The notes beneath the pieces were generated by a model. It made no database searches and was not told the DNA's origin. It saw only the letters and a list, made by a program, of their open reading frames with translations. A DNA stretch of 64,000 bases. Source: Squalus acanthias (lineage: Eukaryota). Shown piece after piece: positions 63,390-64,000 of this stretch (its first letter is position 1; each line of letters starts with the position of its first letter). A program made the position numbers and the translations under genes. The stretch lies in assembly GCA_030390025.1 (NCBI GenBank), contig JASTWF010000595.1, positions 124,001-188,000 on the forward strand. The letters run 5' to 3'.

Positions 63390-64000
63390 TGGAGCGGCAC
63401 CGTATATACCGCACTGTGAGCGGCACCATATATACTGCACTGCGAGCGGCACCGTATATACTGTAATGTGAGTGGCACCGTCTATACTGCACTGCGAGCG
63501 GCACCGTATATACTGCACTGTGAGCGGCACCGTAGATACTGCACTGTGAGCGGCACCGTATATACTGCACTGTGAGCGGCACCGTATATACTGCACTGTG
63601 AGCGGCACTGTATATACTGCACTGTGAGCGGCACCGTACATACTGCACTGTGAGCGGCACCGTATATACTGTACTGTGAGCGGCAACGTATATACTGTAC
63701 TGTGAGCGGCACCGTATATACTGCACTGTGAGCGGCACCGTATATACTGTACTGTGAGTGGCACCGTATATACTGTACTGTGAGCGGCACCGTATATACT
63801 GTACTGTGAGTGGCACCATATATACTGTACTGTGAGTGGCACCGTATATACTGTACTGTGAGTGGCACCGTATATACAGCAATGTGAGCGGCACCGTATA
63901 TACTGTACTGCGAGCAGTACCGTATATACTGTACTGTGAGTGGCACCGTATATACTGTACTGTGAGTGGCACCGTATATACTGCAATGTGAGTGGCACCG
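63390..64000. repeat. 26-bp minisatellite, at least 23 units, runs off the window
   Basis: Unit GTGAG(C/T)GGCACCGTATATACTG(C/T)ACT, tandem with no spacers. Confidence 0.97.

Noticed and set aside
63027-63998. 323-, 210- and 154-aa ORFs, or a CRISPR array
   Set aside because: These are translations of a stop-free 26-bp tandem repeat with no spacers.

Overview
This is a eukaryotic, transposon-dense window with no recognisable host protein-coding gene. The repeat mix (CR1 and L2 LINEs, tRNA/Deu-type SINEs, Penelope-type ends, PIF/Harbinger elements) points to a cartilaginous fish (shark-like); that assignment is inference. Main contents: (1) at least 12 PIF/Harbinger elements, ranging from degenerate two-gene copies (Myb/SANT gene plus convergent HARBI1-type transposase) to MITEs, most with readable TIRs and 3-bp TSDs; (2) a full-length but mutated CsRN1-like Ty3/Gypsy element (tRNA-Trp PBS, 240-bp LTRs) inside a five-layer nested insertion at 49.7-56.3 kb; (3) a long open CR1 ORF2 interrupted by a MITE; (4) Penelope-type repeats carrying minimal hammerhead-ribozyme motifs; (5) 29-bp and 26-bp minisatellites and one 157-N assembly gap. 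Most of the supplied ORF track is TE debris or chance ORFs, and there is no CRISPR array. Coordinates of TIR/TSD/LTR boundaries were read by hand; those of old LINE/SINE fragments are approximate.
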